Shown piece by piece: positions 1-12,807 of a stretch of DNA of 64,000 nucleotides; within the stretch, counting starts at the first letter, position 1, and every line of letters begins with the position of its first letter. Source of the DNA: Cyanophora paradoxa CCMP329 (lineage: Eukaryota; Plantae; Glaucophyta). Position numbers and translations under genes: made by a program. The notes below the pieces were generated by a model, which saw only the letters and a program-made list of their open reading frames with translations, was not told the origin of the DNA and did no database searches. The stretch covers positions 62,001-126,000 of the forward strand of contig QPMI01000227.1 of assembly GCA_004431415.1 (NCBI GenBank). Direction: 5' to 3'.

Positions 1-955
1 GGTGCACCGCCGCCTGCGCCCAGGCGAGGCCCGCCGCCTCAGCCGGCGCCAGCGCCGCGCCGGCGCGCTCGGGGGCACCTTCTCCTGCTCGCCGAGGGCG
101 GCGTAGGAGAGGCCGAGGTTGCAGTGGGCGGTGAACTTCCCCGCCATGTCCGCCACCTCCAGGTGCTTCAGGTGGTACTGGATCGCCTTGTACGTGCCCG
201 CCCCTGCCGCCCCCGTCGGCCCCGCCCAGGGAGCCGCGGGGGAGGGGCCCGTCGCACCTCCGAGCATCTGGAAGTCCACGCCAAGTGCGTTGTACTGCCG
301 GGAGAGCTCGGTCAGATAGATAGTTCTTAGAGGCGCACACGCCTCTGTGGACCGGGCCGGTCGCACCGCGATGGCCTCCCCCTCGATGTCGTTCAGCCTC
401 CGGCACAGCGAGAGGAACCTACGCAGCGTCGGGCGCGGCCAGGGCGGGGCGCGGCGGGGGCGGCGGCGTCCGGGTGCGCACTTCTCGTACTCGAGGATGG
501 CGCGGTCGTACTTGCCCTGGTTGTCGAGCAGGGCGCCCCGGTTGTAGTAGATTGTCGCCTCTTGCGAGAGGAGGCCGCCCCTCCGGCACGCCTCCGCCAG
601 CATCCGATAGTCTTGCAGGTTCCGCCGCGGCCCGAACCTCTGCCCGCCCCGTGCTCATTCCAAGGCCGCCCCAGCGTGCCTGTGCCCTGCGCACCTGGAC
701 GAATCCCAGCTTGCTGCTTGGCCCAGGTGCAGTGGATGGCCGAGCTCCCGCAGCGGTGCGTGGTGGTGCCCTCTGCACCCGCGTTGGGACGTCGGGAAGC
801 GATATCTCCTCAAGCCGGCGCGGTGCGTTCAACGAGCCGCCAAGTGTGGATGGGGCAACCCTGTACGGAGACCCCGCGCGGGCGCCGCGGCCGGCAAGCC
901 CTCCTGGGGGCGAGGAAGGCCGGCCGGCAGGCGCCGTCGTTGGCCTATGATCCAT
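1..955 (-). CDS. TPR-repeat protein (TTC28/TTC29-like), spliced, 3' end beyond window start
   Basis: Minus-strand exons encode TPR helices EATIYYNRGALLDNQGKYDRAILEYEK, YNALGVDFQMLG and YKAIQYHLKHLEVADMAGKFTAHCNLGLSYAALGEQEK; ATG at 955. Confidence 0.7.
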
Positions 956-1275
956 CAGCTATCCGCTTCTATGGTAGCTGCGACAATCCTTCTATGCAGC
1001 TACTTAGCTACCTCAAACTACTTAGCTACCTCAAACCTCAAAGTTGCGTACTCCCGTGCATGCGCACGGGTTGTGCGTGGCTAAGCGGGCTCTGCTGGCG
1101 TACGGGCTGTGTGTGGCTTTTTTGTTCGTTGTCGGGTACCGTAATCTATCCAACAACTTTGGGGCCGGCAAGATCTGCCCAGTTCCCAGCCCTAGCTCTA
1201 GATCCCAACAACTGAGCTGCTCTGCCGGCTCAGCGGCTCGGCCGGCTAGCTTTTAGTTCTGCCAGCTTCGCTGAA

Positions 1276-2199
1276 ATGCGGCGTAGCGTCTCGCCAACGC
1301 TGGGTCCCTCGGCATCCGCGCCGTCGCTGCTCGGTGGCCACAGCATTTACAGCCCTTTTCGCAGGTTCGCCTGTTTCTACGGGAGCTCACCTAAGCTCGA
1401 GCTCAACACCCGCGCGCAGCACTTCCAGACGATTTCCTGAGGACCAGGGAAGCTCGAGCTCGTTAAGGACGGGGCAGCCTGGGAGAGCAGCCAGCTCATT
1501 GCGCGCCGCGGCAGACACTCCTGGCCCGGGGGCCTACTCGTGTCCTCCGCTCGTCGCGGTTCCCCAGAGGAAACCGAAGCCACGAGCACGCAGGGACAAC
1601 GGTTCGAAGCTGGCGGGAACGTTAACATTAGAAAGGTTGGTGATCGTTGACTAACATCTACATAAACTGATTTCTTAAAACGTAAAATTTTAACGCTAAC
1701 ATTAACCGTCATGATCAAGTGCATCGACGCTGACCCAGGCATAGGCGGGAGGCTCTCCTTTCGAAAGATAGGTTTCAGCTCGACTCGTACGAGTATAAGG
1801 GGCTGCAGATGCTTCGCAAAGCGGGGGTGCGCTTCCTGAAAATAAAACAAGTGTGTCATCCCCGCTCAGGCGCCCGTCCGTCGCCCTGCAGGAAATGGAC
1901 TCGAATTCTTTTACGACGGAGGAGGTTCGCATGACTGTGGGCGAGACGATGCGAGGTGTGGCGCGCCGGCGCCGTCGCCCGGCCCCGGGCTCTATATGCC
2001 TGAGCCCGGGCCCCCAGACAAGAATTGGCACAGAAATCGATTCGACAGCCGGGTGCCGCGGTTCCCCTCGCAGAGGTCCTGGGTTCCTGGCAGCGTCGGC
2101 CCGGGAAAGTACGGGGCCCTTGGCGAGTCGGTGAAGGTCTACATGCCGGACCGGGCCTCCCCCATGATGCGCAGCACCTCCGCCCGCGGCTTCCTGTAG
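1276..2199 (+). CDS. Sperm-tail PG-rich (STPG/ODF3/SHIPPO) repeat protein, probably axonemal
   Basis: TPGPGAY, PGPGS and VGPGKY motifs across short introns; ATG 1276, stop 2199. Confidence 0.55.
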
Positions 2200-2379
2200 C
2201 CGCCCCGCTCACACCCGCCCCCGCCCCACCCCAGCCCCTGTCTCTACCCCTCGCCCCGTTCCCCCGCCCGCTTTCCAATAATGTTATTTCCCGCGCCGGG
2301 CCCCGGCTGGTGCATGTTCTTTCGGGCTGGGCTGCTTGGGGGTGGATCGGGGCGGGCGGGGCGGGTCGGGGCGGGGGGC

Positions 2380-3858
2380 CTAGGGGCGACGACCGACGAA
2401 GTCGAGGTTGTGAGCGACGTAGACGAGCTCCCCCGTCCCGACCTGCTCCCGCCGCCGCCGCACGTACTCCGCCGCCCGCCCCGCCTCGACTGCCTGCCGG
2501 CCGGCTCGCGCGGGGGCGGGGCGCGGGGCGAGGGCGAGGGGCGTGGCGGGCCGGGCTGGCGGCGAGGCGCTCGGCGATGAAGTGGAGGATGCAGTGGAGG
2601 AAGTAGGCCTCGTCGCCCTCGTACACCCCCTCGGCCGGGTGCACTGCCCAGCTCGATCCCCCCGCACGCGCCACCTCCCCGCCCGCCCGCGCGATTTCGT
2701 GGAAGAGTACCCGGCCCGCCCGGCTGCCCCGCTCCCAGTGAGAGGCGGCGCGGCGCGGCGGGCGGCGCGGCGCGGCGGGCGGCGCTGCGCGGCGGGCGGC
2801 GCGGCGGGCCTCTGCTCGAGCTGGAGGCCGTCGGAGGCAGCGGCGTCCATGCTGGCGTGGTAGGCGGCCTGCGCCGGTCAGAGCGCGCACCGGGCGGGGC
2901 GGGGCGGGGCGGGGCGGGGCAGGCCTCGACGGCGTCGTCGAAGGGCCCCATAAGGTTGGGCTCCAGGTGCGTCGCTCCGTCGAAGTTGATGGGGAAGTAG
3001 AAGAGGCCGCCCCGCGGCAGCAGCCCGAGCAGCCGCGGCAGCGTCCCTGCCCCGCGTCGGCCCCCGCGGGCGCTCGCGCGGCGCGGCGGGCGGGCGTGGC
3101 GGACGGGGGATGTCGACGAGGTCGAGGAAGGCGGCGGCGATGAGGAGGTCCCAGCGCAGGCCGGCGCGCTCGCCGGCCTCGAGGGCCCCCTCCAGCTCCT
3201 CCACCCGCACCGTCACCTCCACCGCCCGCCCCGCCTGGCCCCCGTTGATCGCTCCCTCGAGGCGACGCGCGGCGGGGGCGGCGCACTGGGCCCGGGGGGC
3301 GGAGGGCGATGCGGCGGGCGAAGGCGCGGTTGGAGGCGGTGCCCACGGCGTGGTGGTGCTTCGTCGCGACGCCCGGCGCGAGTTCCTCCGCCAGCGCTCC
3401 GCTGGGCCCACCGCGCCCCTCCCAGCCCGGCGCCTCGCACTCTTCGACCGCGTAGCCCAGGGCGCGCGCCGCGACGCCCACCCGCCGCGCAGCCTGCCGC
3501 CAATGCAAGCTCGGGCGGCAGCGGGCGGGCGGAGCGCACCGCTAGCGTACCTCGAGGATATTCTGCGAGTTGCTGTCGATCATCTCGTAGCTGACCCTGT
3601 CGAAGCGATCGAAGATGCGTTCGCCGAGCAAACGCTCAATCATCGTCCCGATGCCGCCCCCGACCTCCAGTACGCTGCGCCGCGCACTCTACCGCAGCGA
3701 CAATGCTGCCGCGCGACCACGCACCGCAGCGCGGCATCCGCCGGGCGCTTCTCCAGCATCGCTCGCAGCCGGTCGAGCACCGCCCGGTTCAACGCTCGGT
3801 CGTCGACTGTGCGCTTTGCAGCCAGATAGCGCGGGTAGCTGAACTCCGGGGCGTTCAT
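2380..3858 (-). CDS. Class I SAM-dependent methyltransferase of prokaryotic type, spliced
   Basis: [24 protein letters not shown]; motif [12 protein letters not shown] after a 50-nt GT-AG intron; [14 protein letters not shown]; [11 protein letters not shown]; ends [15 protein letters not shown]. Confidence 0.8.
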
Positions 3859-4236
3859 CGGCACCTGAGCACACGTGCACGCTGCGCTCGCGGCGGAGCT
3901 GGCCTGGCCCACTGAACAGCGAGCGTGCAATACAGCTGTAGCTGCGCTGCGCCCGCGCTGAGAGGCCGCAGTTCAAGCCGCAGTTGCCAGTTGCCAGTTG
4001 CTTTTTGAGGGGTACGTTGATAACTCATCGTTCCGTGCCGAGGCGCCGGCGCCGGCAAAGTCGCACCGCGGGACGTCCGGCTATAGAGCCGCCAGTAGGC
4101 CGCGTCGACGCCAGCTCTAGACCAAACGTACGCGCGAGTCGGCAGCTGCAGGTGTCGCTGCTGCAAACGGCGCACGCTGTGCAGATGCAGATCATGTAGC
4201 GGCAAGCTTGCTGGAGTGCTTGCTGGAGCGAGGGAG

Positions 4237-7200
4237 ATGGACGAGGGGGGAGGCTTCTCCGACGACCTGTTCTTGAGCAAGGAGGCCGCGGGCGGGTGCA
4301 TGCGGGTGTGTCGTTGCAGATCGCTCTGGCTAATTCGCGGTCAGATTCACTTGCGCTGTTTGCCTAGAAATCGCAAGGGAGCCCCTGAGCCTGCACCCTT
4401 GCGAACACGTGTACTGCACGGTGAGCGCAACGCGTACGGGATTGAAGCTGTCCGGGCGTGCGGCCGCGTGCTTACCGTGGTCTCCCGAAGGATTGTGCAG
4501 CGCGACTGAGGACGTGCCCGCAAGATAACCAGCGCATCGATCGGTCATCACCGAGAGCCCCTCCCCCATTCCTGTCTGACTCGGGGCGCATCCGCAGGAA
4601 AAAGCCGCTGGCAGGGCAGCTGCTGCGCATGTACAAGAACCTGCAGCTGCGGTGCCCCCTCGTGAAAACGTGCAAATGGACGGGCGCTCTGGGGGACCTG
4701 CAGGAGCACCTCTCCCTCCGCTGCAGCGCCGTTCCCGTCCCCTGCCCGTACCCCGGCTGCCCGGCGCGCGTGCCGCGGGGGGGCCTGGAGGCGCACGCGT
4801 CGGGGTGCCAGTTCCGCACTGTGGCGTGCCAGCACTGCGGAGCGGCGGTGCCGGCGCTCGAGGCCCGCGTGCACCTCGACGCCTGCCCCGAGCTCCCCGT
4901 CGAGTGCCCGCACGGCCCCGCCTGCGGCCGCGTCCCGAGGAGCAGGCTCGCGGGGCACCAGCAGGCGTGCCCGCAGGCGCCGGCCGAGTGCTTCCTCCGC
5001 GAGCTCGGCTGCCCCTTCGCCGGCCGCCGCGCCGACGTCGAGGCGCACGTCGCCGCCGCCGGGCCCGCCACCCCGCACCTCCAGGCCCCCGCCCGCCCCA
5101 TCTCGCCCGGCGCCCTGACGCTCCGGGCAGCTCGCGGTGCGGGCGGCAGCGGAGATGCGGGTGGCGCTGCAGCGGGCGGTGGCGGGCCTGGAGGAGGCGC
5201 GGGCGCGGCTTGCGGGCGCGGAGGAGCTGCTGGGGCGGGCTGAGGCGGAGCGCGACGCCGCCGTGCGGGCCCTCAGCGAGCAGCGCAGCTCCCGCGAGCG
5301 CGCCGTCCGCCCTGCCCTGCCCTGCCCGGCCCCGCCCGCGCCGAGCGGCGCGCAGGAGGCGCGGACGCTGCGGGAGGTGGAGGGCTACGTCTCAACGCTG
5401 AAGCGGGCGGTTGTGGAGAAGGACGCGCAGCGCATCGCCCTCCTCGACGAGGCCCGCCTTCGCCCCCGCCCCGCGCGCCTCGCCCGGCCCGGTGTGACGC
5501 CGCGGCAGATCGATCGGCGGGACCGGGCGCACGCGGCGGCGGAGGCCCGCCTGCGGCGCGAGCTCGCCGAGGCGAAGTCGGAGGCGCGCGGGGCGCGCGA
5601 GGCGAAGCTCGCCAACGTGCGCCGGGCGGCGGGCCGTGGGGGAGGCGGACCGGGGCGCCGGTCACGACTGACGCGCGGCAGGTGCGGCGCGCCGTGGACG
5701 GCTTCCTGCGTAGCTCCGTCAGCCACCTCTTAGGCGGTCCCGCCCCCGCCTCCGAGGAGACCGCCCCCGCCCCAGCGCAACCTTCCCGGCGCCCCTCCCG
5801 AGGGGGCGCAGGAGCCGCCGGGGGGCGTGCCGGTGGACCCCGACGCTCCGCGGGACGGCCCACCGGGCGAGGCGCCGTCGACGCGCCCCTCGGGGCCGGA
5901 GATCGCGTCGGCGGCGGCGGCGGCGGCGGCAGCGCTGCCGCCGCCGCCGGCGTCGCTGCTGCTCGCGGTGAGCGAGGAGATGGCGGCGCTGCGGTCGGAG
6001 GTGCGGCGGGGCGCGGGGCGGGGTGGCGGTGGCGACGGGGCGCAGGCGGCGGAGCGGGAGGGCGGCTGGAGGCGCTGCTGGAGGAGCGGGAGGCCCTCTA
6101 CGGCCGCGTGCGCGCCCTCGACGAGGAGGCCCGCGCCCGCGCCGCCGCCCTCGCCGACGCCCGCGCCCGCACCGTGAGCCCGTCCGCCCCGCCCCGCCCG
6201 CCCCGCCCCGCCCGACGCCCGGCAGGAGCGCGAGCTCGCGTCCGCCCGGGAGCAGTCGGAGCGCGAGGCGCAGCGCGCGGCGGCGGCGGAGGCAGAGCTG
6301 GAGGCGGCGGCGGGGCGCGTGCAGGCGGCAGCTGTGGAGTCGGAGACGCTGCGGTCGGAGCTGCGGACGGCGGCGCAGCAGACGGAGGCCGCGGAGCGGG
6401 AGGCCGCCGTGCGCCGATTCTATTCCCCTGTCGAGGGAGGTGCGCGAGGGGGCGGCGGCAGGGACTGCGTGAGGCGCTGCGTCGGTCGGAGGCCGCCGCG
6501 CGGGGCCGGCGCGAGCGTGAGGCGGAGCGCGAGGCGGCGCGGGCGCGCGTGGCGGCTCGGGAGAGGGCGGTGCGGGAGGGAGAGGCGTGACGCGACGCGG
6601 GACGGCTGGGCGGCTGACGGTGCGACAGGAGGCGGCCGTGCGGGTGCTGCACGCTGGGGTAGAAGTGCTCCAGCATGGGCGGGGCGGCCCCGGAGACCCC
6701 GCGCGCCCCTCTGGGGGCGCTGCAGGCTGGCGCATGTTTGGGCGGGGCGCGGGGCCGGCGGGGCGCACGAAGCTGCGGCTGCTGCTGCTGCTCCCCGGGC
6801 ATCAGCTGGCGTGGGTGCGGGCGGCCGTGCGCCCCGGCGCGCCCGCCCTCACGCGCCCCAGGTGAACCCCAAGTCCCGCAAGGTCGCCCCGGAGTCCAGC
6901 GCGCCCCTCTGGCGGTGCGCGCCCCCGTCGCTCGCTTTGAGGTCCACTCGCCGTAACGCGCGGCCAGGGCCGAGGGCGTCCTCCTCGGACACTCCGCCCC
7001 TTGCTTCGCCGTCCGGCCGGCCCCGGCATCCTCCTCCGCCCCGCAGACCGCCCGCGCCCTCTTCCGCGCCTCGTCTTCCACGTCGAGCAGCGCCGCCAGC
7101 ACCGTGCGCGATGTCTCGTGGCGGCCCTTGCTCGCCGCTGACCGCGCACAGGACGATCCCACCCCGCCGCCCCCGTGGCAGTGTCTCACGATTCTTCTGG

Positions 7201-7457
7201 GTGGCGGGCGGCGGCTTGACGTCAGCTGTGGCGACGAGTCGACCGCTCGGCTGCTCGCGGTGGGTCTCTCTTCCGCCATCGCAGCAGCGCGGGCGACCCC
7301 CCCCGCGGGGGTTCCTGTCGAGTGCCCGCTGCCGGCCTCCTCCCTGCTCACCGACGGCCGCTTCCTCTGGCTCCGTGTTCGCCGCGCCCACCCCGCCCCT
7401 GACCTGAGCTTTGGTCGCCCTCGCCTCACCTCAGCTGCAGGCTCGGTACCGGGCTGA
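4237..7457 (+). CDS. RING + TRAF-type zinc finger protein with long coiled coil and possible C-terminal ubiquitin-like domain
   Basis: CAVC..PCEHVYC..C..CPQD RING; CPYPGC..H...C, CQHC and CPHGPAC TRAF fingers; E/R/A-rich exons. Confidence 0.7.
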
Positions 7458-7948
7458 GGCGCGGGCGCAGGCCGAGGGCCTGCCCGTCGCCTCCTTCCTC
7501 GCCCGCTCGATTCGCTCCGCGGGGCAGGGCATCTTCCGCACATATGCACAGCCGTAGTCCATCGAAAAAATTCCCCTGCAGCTGCCCCGAGCCCGTCCTC
7601 ATGATCAATTACATGTTCATAGGCCCCCCTCCAACTTGGCTCCATATGCATGGCCAAGGACCTCCGAATTCCGAAGCTTGCAAGGCCCTTCGAAATTCTT
7701 GATCGCGAGGCTATAGCTACTAGTAGTGGTGGCGGCCGGGGAGCCTCGGAGGGCGGCGAGACACGGCCGTCAGGGGGCGTCACCCGTGCGTGCACGGATC
7801 CGGAGAGAAGGAGCGGGCAATCGGGAACACTGCGGAATTTCGAAGAACAGCGCTAGCATGCGCATGCGCACTGCACCAGCAGCGCAGACAAGTACCCCCC
7901 CTGCAAACTTCCCCCGGGGGCACCGCGCGCACCCGCAAGACCCTGAAA

Positions 7949-10922
7949 ATGGCGTCGCCGACACCGGGCTCGAAGCCTATGGTTCGCTCGAGCAGCAAGT
8001 CGGACCTTGTATCGACCGTGCGCCACCGCGTGCTCGCAGCTGTCGTCAGCCGCCAAACGGCCGACGCCCGCGCCGTTGGCCGGCTCGCGCTTGATAGTGC
8101 TGGTCTTGAATGACGCATGCGCGCGCAGGTGTCCAAGCAGGTCGCTCAGTATGTCTCGACACAGGGCATTTCCCTCCGCCACAAGGGCCGTTTCCCCAGC
8201 GAGGACTTCCGGGTCATTTTCGGTGCGCACATCCCATTACACGGGACTTGCGCGGGCCTCGGGAGGCCAGCGCCGCCCCAGGCAGCGCTGCGCGCCGCCG
8301 CCTCTGCGCGCGCGCAGCGCTGACTAGGCCTCCCGGCGCCCGCGCACTGCAGAGAAGAACGGGCACGCAATCTCGCCTGTGCACGACATCCCTCTGTTCG
8401 CCGACCAGGAGCGTGGCATCCTCAACATGATCGTCGAGATCCCGAAGTGGACGAACGCGAAGCTTGAGATCGAGGTGGCGGGGAAGATGAACCCCATCCG
8501 CCAGGACGCGAAGAACGGGAAGGTCCGCTTCGTTAACAACGTCTACCCGTACAAGGGCTACATCTGGAACTACGGCCTATTCCCCCAGGCGGGCCGCCCG
8601 AGCGCCCGTTCCTTTTCTGGCGCGCTGAAAAGGAGGCAGACGTGGGAAGACCCGACGCGCGTGCACTCGGAGACGGGGGCAATTGGAGACAGCGATCCGC
8701 TGGACTGCTGCGAGATCGGCTCGCAGGTGGCCGTGTGCGGGCAGGTCAAGCAGGTCAAGCCGCTCGGCGTGCTCGGCATGATCGACCAGGGTGCGGCGCG
8801 GCGGGGCGGGTCCCGGCGGGGCGGCGCGGCGCGTGGCGCGAGCGGGGCGCAGGGGAGATGGACTGGAAGGTCCTCGCCATCGACGTGAACGACCCGCTCG
8901 CCTCGCAGCTCAACGGTGAGGCCGTCGCCGCCCGCCGCCGCCCGCCCCCGACGGGCAATCCCGCAGACATCGACGACCTGCAGCGCCTCTTCCCCGGCCT
9001 CCTGCACGCCACGTTCTCCTGGTTCCGCACGTACAAGGTGCGCGCGCCGGCGGGGGCCCCGGGGCGCGGCCGAGGCGGCGGCAGGTGCCTGATGGGAAGA
9101 ACGAGAACCTCTTCGCGTTCCGCGGGGAGGCCCGCAACAAGGCGCGTGGGGGCAGGCGGGGCTGGGCCGGGGGCGGGGCGGGGGTGACGGGGCGCAGGAA
9201 TACGCATGGGACATCATCATGGAGAGCTACCAGTCGTGGCGCGACCTCGTCTCCGGCCGCATCAAGCACAAGTGCACCGCCACGCCACGCCCCCCGTCCC
9301 CGCGCGCCCGACGCGGCTGCAGGTTCTGCTCGATGAACACGACCCTGGACTTCTCGCCGTTCCGCGTCTCGCAGGCGGAGGCGGACAAGATCCTCGAGGG
9401 GAGCGTCCCGGGCCTCCCTGAGATGGAGGGCCAGCCGCACACCGAGCAGAGTGCGCGGGGCCGCGGGGCGGGGCGGGGGGCGGGGCGTGACGGCGCGCAG
9501 GCTACCTGGACGAGGCGATGGAGTTCCAGGAGACGCCGATGATGACCGTGAAGCGCCACGCCGTCACTCTCCAGCGCCAGTTCCCCCACGGCACCAACGA
9601 GCTCTCCCTCCTCATCACCGGCCCGCCCCGCCCCGCCCGCCCCGCCCGCCCCGGCTGAACCCGAGCAGAGATCGGCACCGCCACGAAGATCATCAACGGC
9701 CAGATCCGCCGCGGCGGCTCCCTCGCCGAGCGTGCGCCCGCGGCGCCGGGCGGGGGGCCGGCCGGCGCTGAGCGGGCGGCAGTGGTGGAGTTCGCGGACC
9801 AGCAGATGTTCCGCACGCTCTCCAACTCGGGACTGGTGTGCCTGCTCGTGAGCTCGCGGCAGAGCGAGCCTCTGGCGGTGCCCGACACGTCGTACTGCGG
9901 CAACTACGTCGTCGCCTACAACCCGCTCGTTGTCGGCGACTGCGACTCCCTCTCGTCCGCCCCGCCCTGCCCGCGCCCGCCGCGCGGGCCGCGCGGGGCC
10001 CGACGGCGCGCAGCATGGGGACGATCTTCGGGATCTACTACCGCAAGTCGCCGACGGGGAAGCAGCGCGGGGACTCGTCGGACGTGCTGCAGCGGCAGGG
10101 CCTCGAGCAGGTCGCCGCCGGCTACTGCTTCTACGGCTCCTCCACGATGCTCGTCTACTCCATGGGCTTTGGCGTCCACACCTTCACCTTCGACCCTTTC
10201 TCCGGCGCGCCCCGCCCGCCGCGCCCGCCGGCCCCCGCGCCCCGCTGAGGCCCCGCAGGACACTACATCCTAAACACGCAGCAGCTGCGGATGCCGAAGA
10301 CGGGGAAGATCTACTCGGTGTCCAACTCGGCGCTGCAGAAGGTGATGAGCCCGGCGATCCACGACTTCGTGAAGGCGCTCTCGGAGAAGCGGGACGAGCG
10401 GGGCCAGCCGGTGCGCCACTTCCGCTACGAGCACTGCCTCGTCGAGAACTTCCACCGCGTCCTCCACTACGGCGGCGTCCTCATGATGCCCGGCCCCAAG
10501 GCGCCCCTGCCCCGCCCCGCCCTGCCCCGCCCGCCCCGCTCACCGCCATGCAGGACGCCAATCTCTGCCACTTCCTCGGTACGCGCCCCTCCACGCCCCG
10601 TCCCGCCCCGCCGCGCCGCGCGGGCGAGCGGCGCTGCAGCGGAGGCGGCGCCGCTGGGATTCATCGCGGAGATGGCGGGCGGGCACGCTATCGTATCGGC
10701 GAAGCGCCCCGTGCTCGGCCTCTCGGCGTGGACCGTCGACATGAAGGTGCCGCTCTTCGTCGGCGGCATCTCCGAGGTGGCGGCCTCTCCTCGCCCCTCC
10801 GCGCGCCGCCTGAGCGCCCGCAGATCGACGAGCTCCAGCACCTCATGGAGAAGGAGCGCGCCAGCATCTCCCACGCCTCCCCGCACGCCCCCAAGGCCGC
10901 CCCCAAGAAGCCCGCCGCCTGA
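7949..10922 (+). CDS. Fusion of family I soluble inorganic pyrophosphatase and a degenerate class I fructose-1,6-bisphosphatase domain
   Basis: [45 protein letters not shown] and FRTYK; frame continues through intron 9451-9500 into an FBPase fold ([51 protein letters not shown]). Confidence 0.9.
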
Positions 10923-11436
10923 CTCCCCGCCTCCCCCGCCCCCGCCGGCCCCGCACTGCCTCCCGCCCCGGGCCCCGCTCCCCCCTACGCCCCCAGCCTC
11001 GTCCTGCCCACCGTCGCAGAGTCTTCCCGCGCCCCGGGGGCCACGCCCGGCCGGCCCCCTGCCGCCAGGGCCGCTCCGCCTTCCATTGCACCCACCGCCC
11101 CGGACCCGGATAGCGCACCTCAGCCGGCGACCGGAGATGGGGATGGCGCCGCGAGCCGCGCATTCGAGGATCCGGAGCAGGCGGCGGCTGCGGACGAGGC
11201 GGGCGGGGCAAACGTCCTGCGTGCCCTCGCTGCGGCCTTTTTCGCCCTATGCCGCTCCGGCCGTCCCTGACCCGTCCTCTTCGGTAGCCCGGTTTTCTCA
11301 ATTCAGTGTGCTGAGTGGCAGGTCGCGGGCGGGGACGGTCAAGGGGCGGGGCCGGTCAAGGGGCGAGGGGCGGGTCGAGGTGTGCAGCGAGCCACTCGTC
11401 GGCGATTCGGATCGTGAGCAGACGCCGCAGCCTGCC

Positions 11437-12546
11437 TCAGCCTGAGCCGCGCTCTGCACCCGGGCGCCAAAGGGGGTTTGCGGACCGCTGGCGGCGGTCG
11501 GCGGGTGTGCCCGAGAGGGTCCCGTCGCGCGGCGAGCGACGATGCCAGTGCAGCTGGCGGCGGACCTGCGGGGTGTGGGGCGGGGCGGGCAAGGCCTGAG
11601 GTGCGGGGGCGGGGGCGGACCTCGGCGTCGGAGAGGGCGTCGACGGCGGCGGGGTCGGTGAGCATGCCGCGCGGCGCCCCGGCCTCGTAGCGCTCGCCGC
11701 GCCCCTGCAGCCACTCGCGCAGCCGCTGCGGGAGGCCGACGCGGGCGAGGGCAGGGCAGCCGGCGAGCGCCCGCGCGTCATCAATCGATGCGAGGGTCTC
11801 CTCCAGCCGCAGCTCTTCCAGCCGCGCCGCCCCTGCGCTTGCCGCCCCCGCACACCCCACATCGATCTCGGCCGGCGTGTGACCGCGGCTGCACGCGCAC
11901 CGCGCAGTGGCGAGAGGGATGTGACGCCGGTGCCCGCAAGGTCGAGCGATGTGAGGGCGGGGAGGCCTGCACAGCCGTGCACGCGGGGTGAGGGCTGGTG
12001 GGTGAGAGGCCGAGGCCGGGGGCCGGGGTGTGCCGGGTGGCGGGCACGGGCGAGGGGCGCGAGAGCTGGCGACTCGAGCAGCGGGTTGCCTCGAAGAGAA
12101 AGAGAGCGAAGGCGGGGGAGGGCCGCCGGAAAGCCAGGGGGCAGCTCGATGAGGGAGTTGCACGCGAGGGAGAGCCTCTCTAGGGCCCCGAGCCGCAGCA
12201 CCCCCTCCGGCACGGACTGTAGCCCGCAGCCCTCCAGACGCAGTGCTAGAGGCCCTGTTTGTCTATGCTCTGTAGCACCGGCCCGCTTCAGCTACCCTGA
12301 TTGCTGTTGCAATTGCAACCGCGTGCGGTTGGGCAGTTGCGGTACGCGCGGGCTGGCGCTCACCTGCGAGCATGACCAGCCTCTGAACCAGCTGCGACTC
12401 ATTTGTCTGACCGGAAAGGTCCGCCTCCTCGAAGACAGAGGCCGCGCGGGCCGAACTGCTCGTATCGGGCTCGTCGGGCCCGGGCGCAAATCTGATCGAG
12501 TTGCGCAAGGCCCCGCAGCGTAGGTGGAGGGTCGGATTGAGCTCAT
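11437..12546 (-). CDS. Leucine-rich repeat protein
   Basis: LERLSLACNSLIELP, LRSLSLRGNPL and LTSLDLAGTGV repeats; start approximate. Confidence 0.65.
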
Positions 12547-12807
12547 AACGCTGATTTAGATAACGTACACGGGTTCTCTCCTGACATCCGCCCTCGCTCG
12601 CTTGGACGGCCGGAGGACAGTAGCAAGGTGCTCGGGCCGGACGCTTGCCTCGCTTGAACTGCTTTCGCTAGACTGCGCGACATCGAATCAGCTCACGAGG
12701 GGCCCGCGGGGCAGCCATATGCGCACCATCGTGGATCGCACCTGTACCCCTTCCGCCGACCGCTCACTCGCTGCGGACCGCGAGCCGACGCGCGCGCGCG
12801 GGGAAGG

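Noticed and set aside
1856-7795. Long Arg/Pro/Ala ORFs (550 aa, 565 aa and others)
   Set aside because: Stop-poor frames caused by extreme GC; the real genes are spliced in other frames
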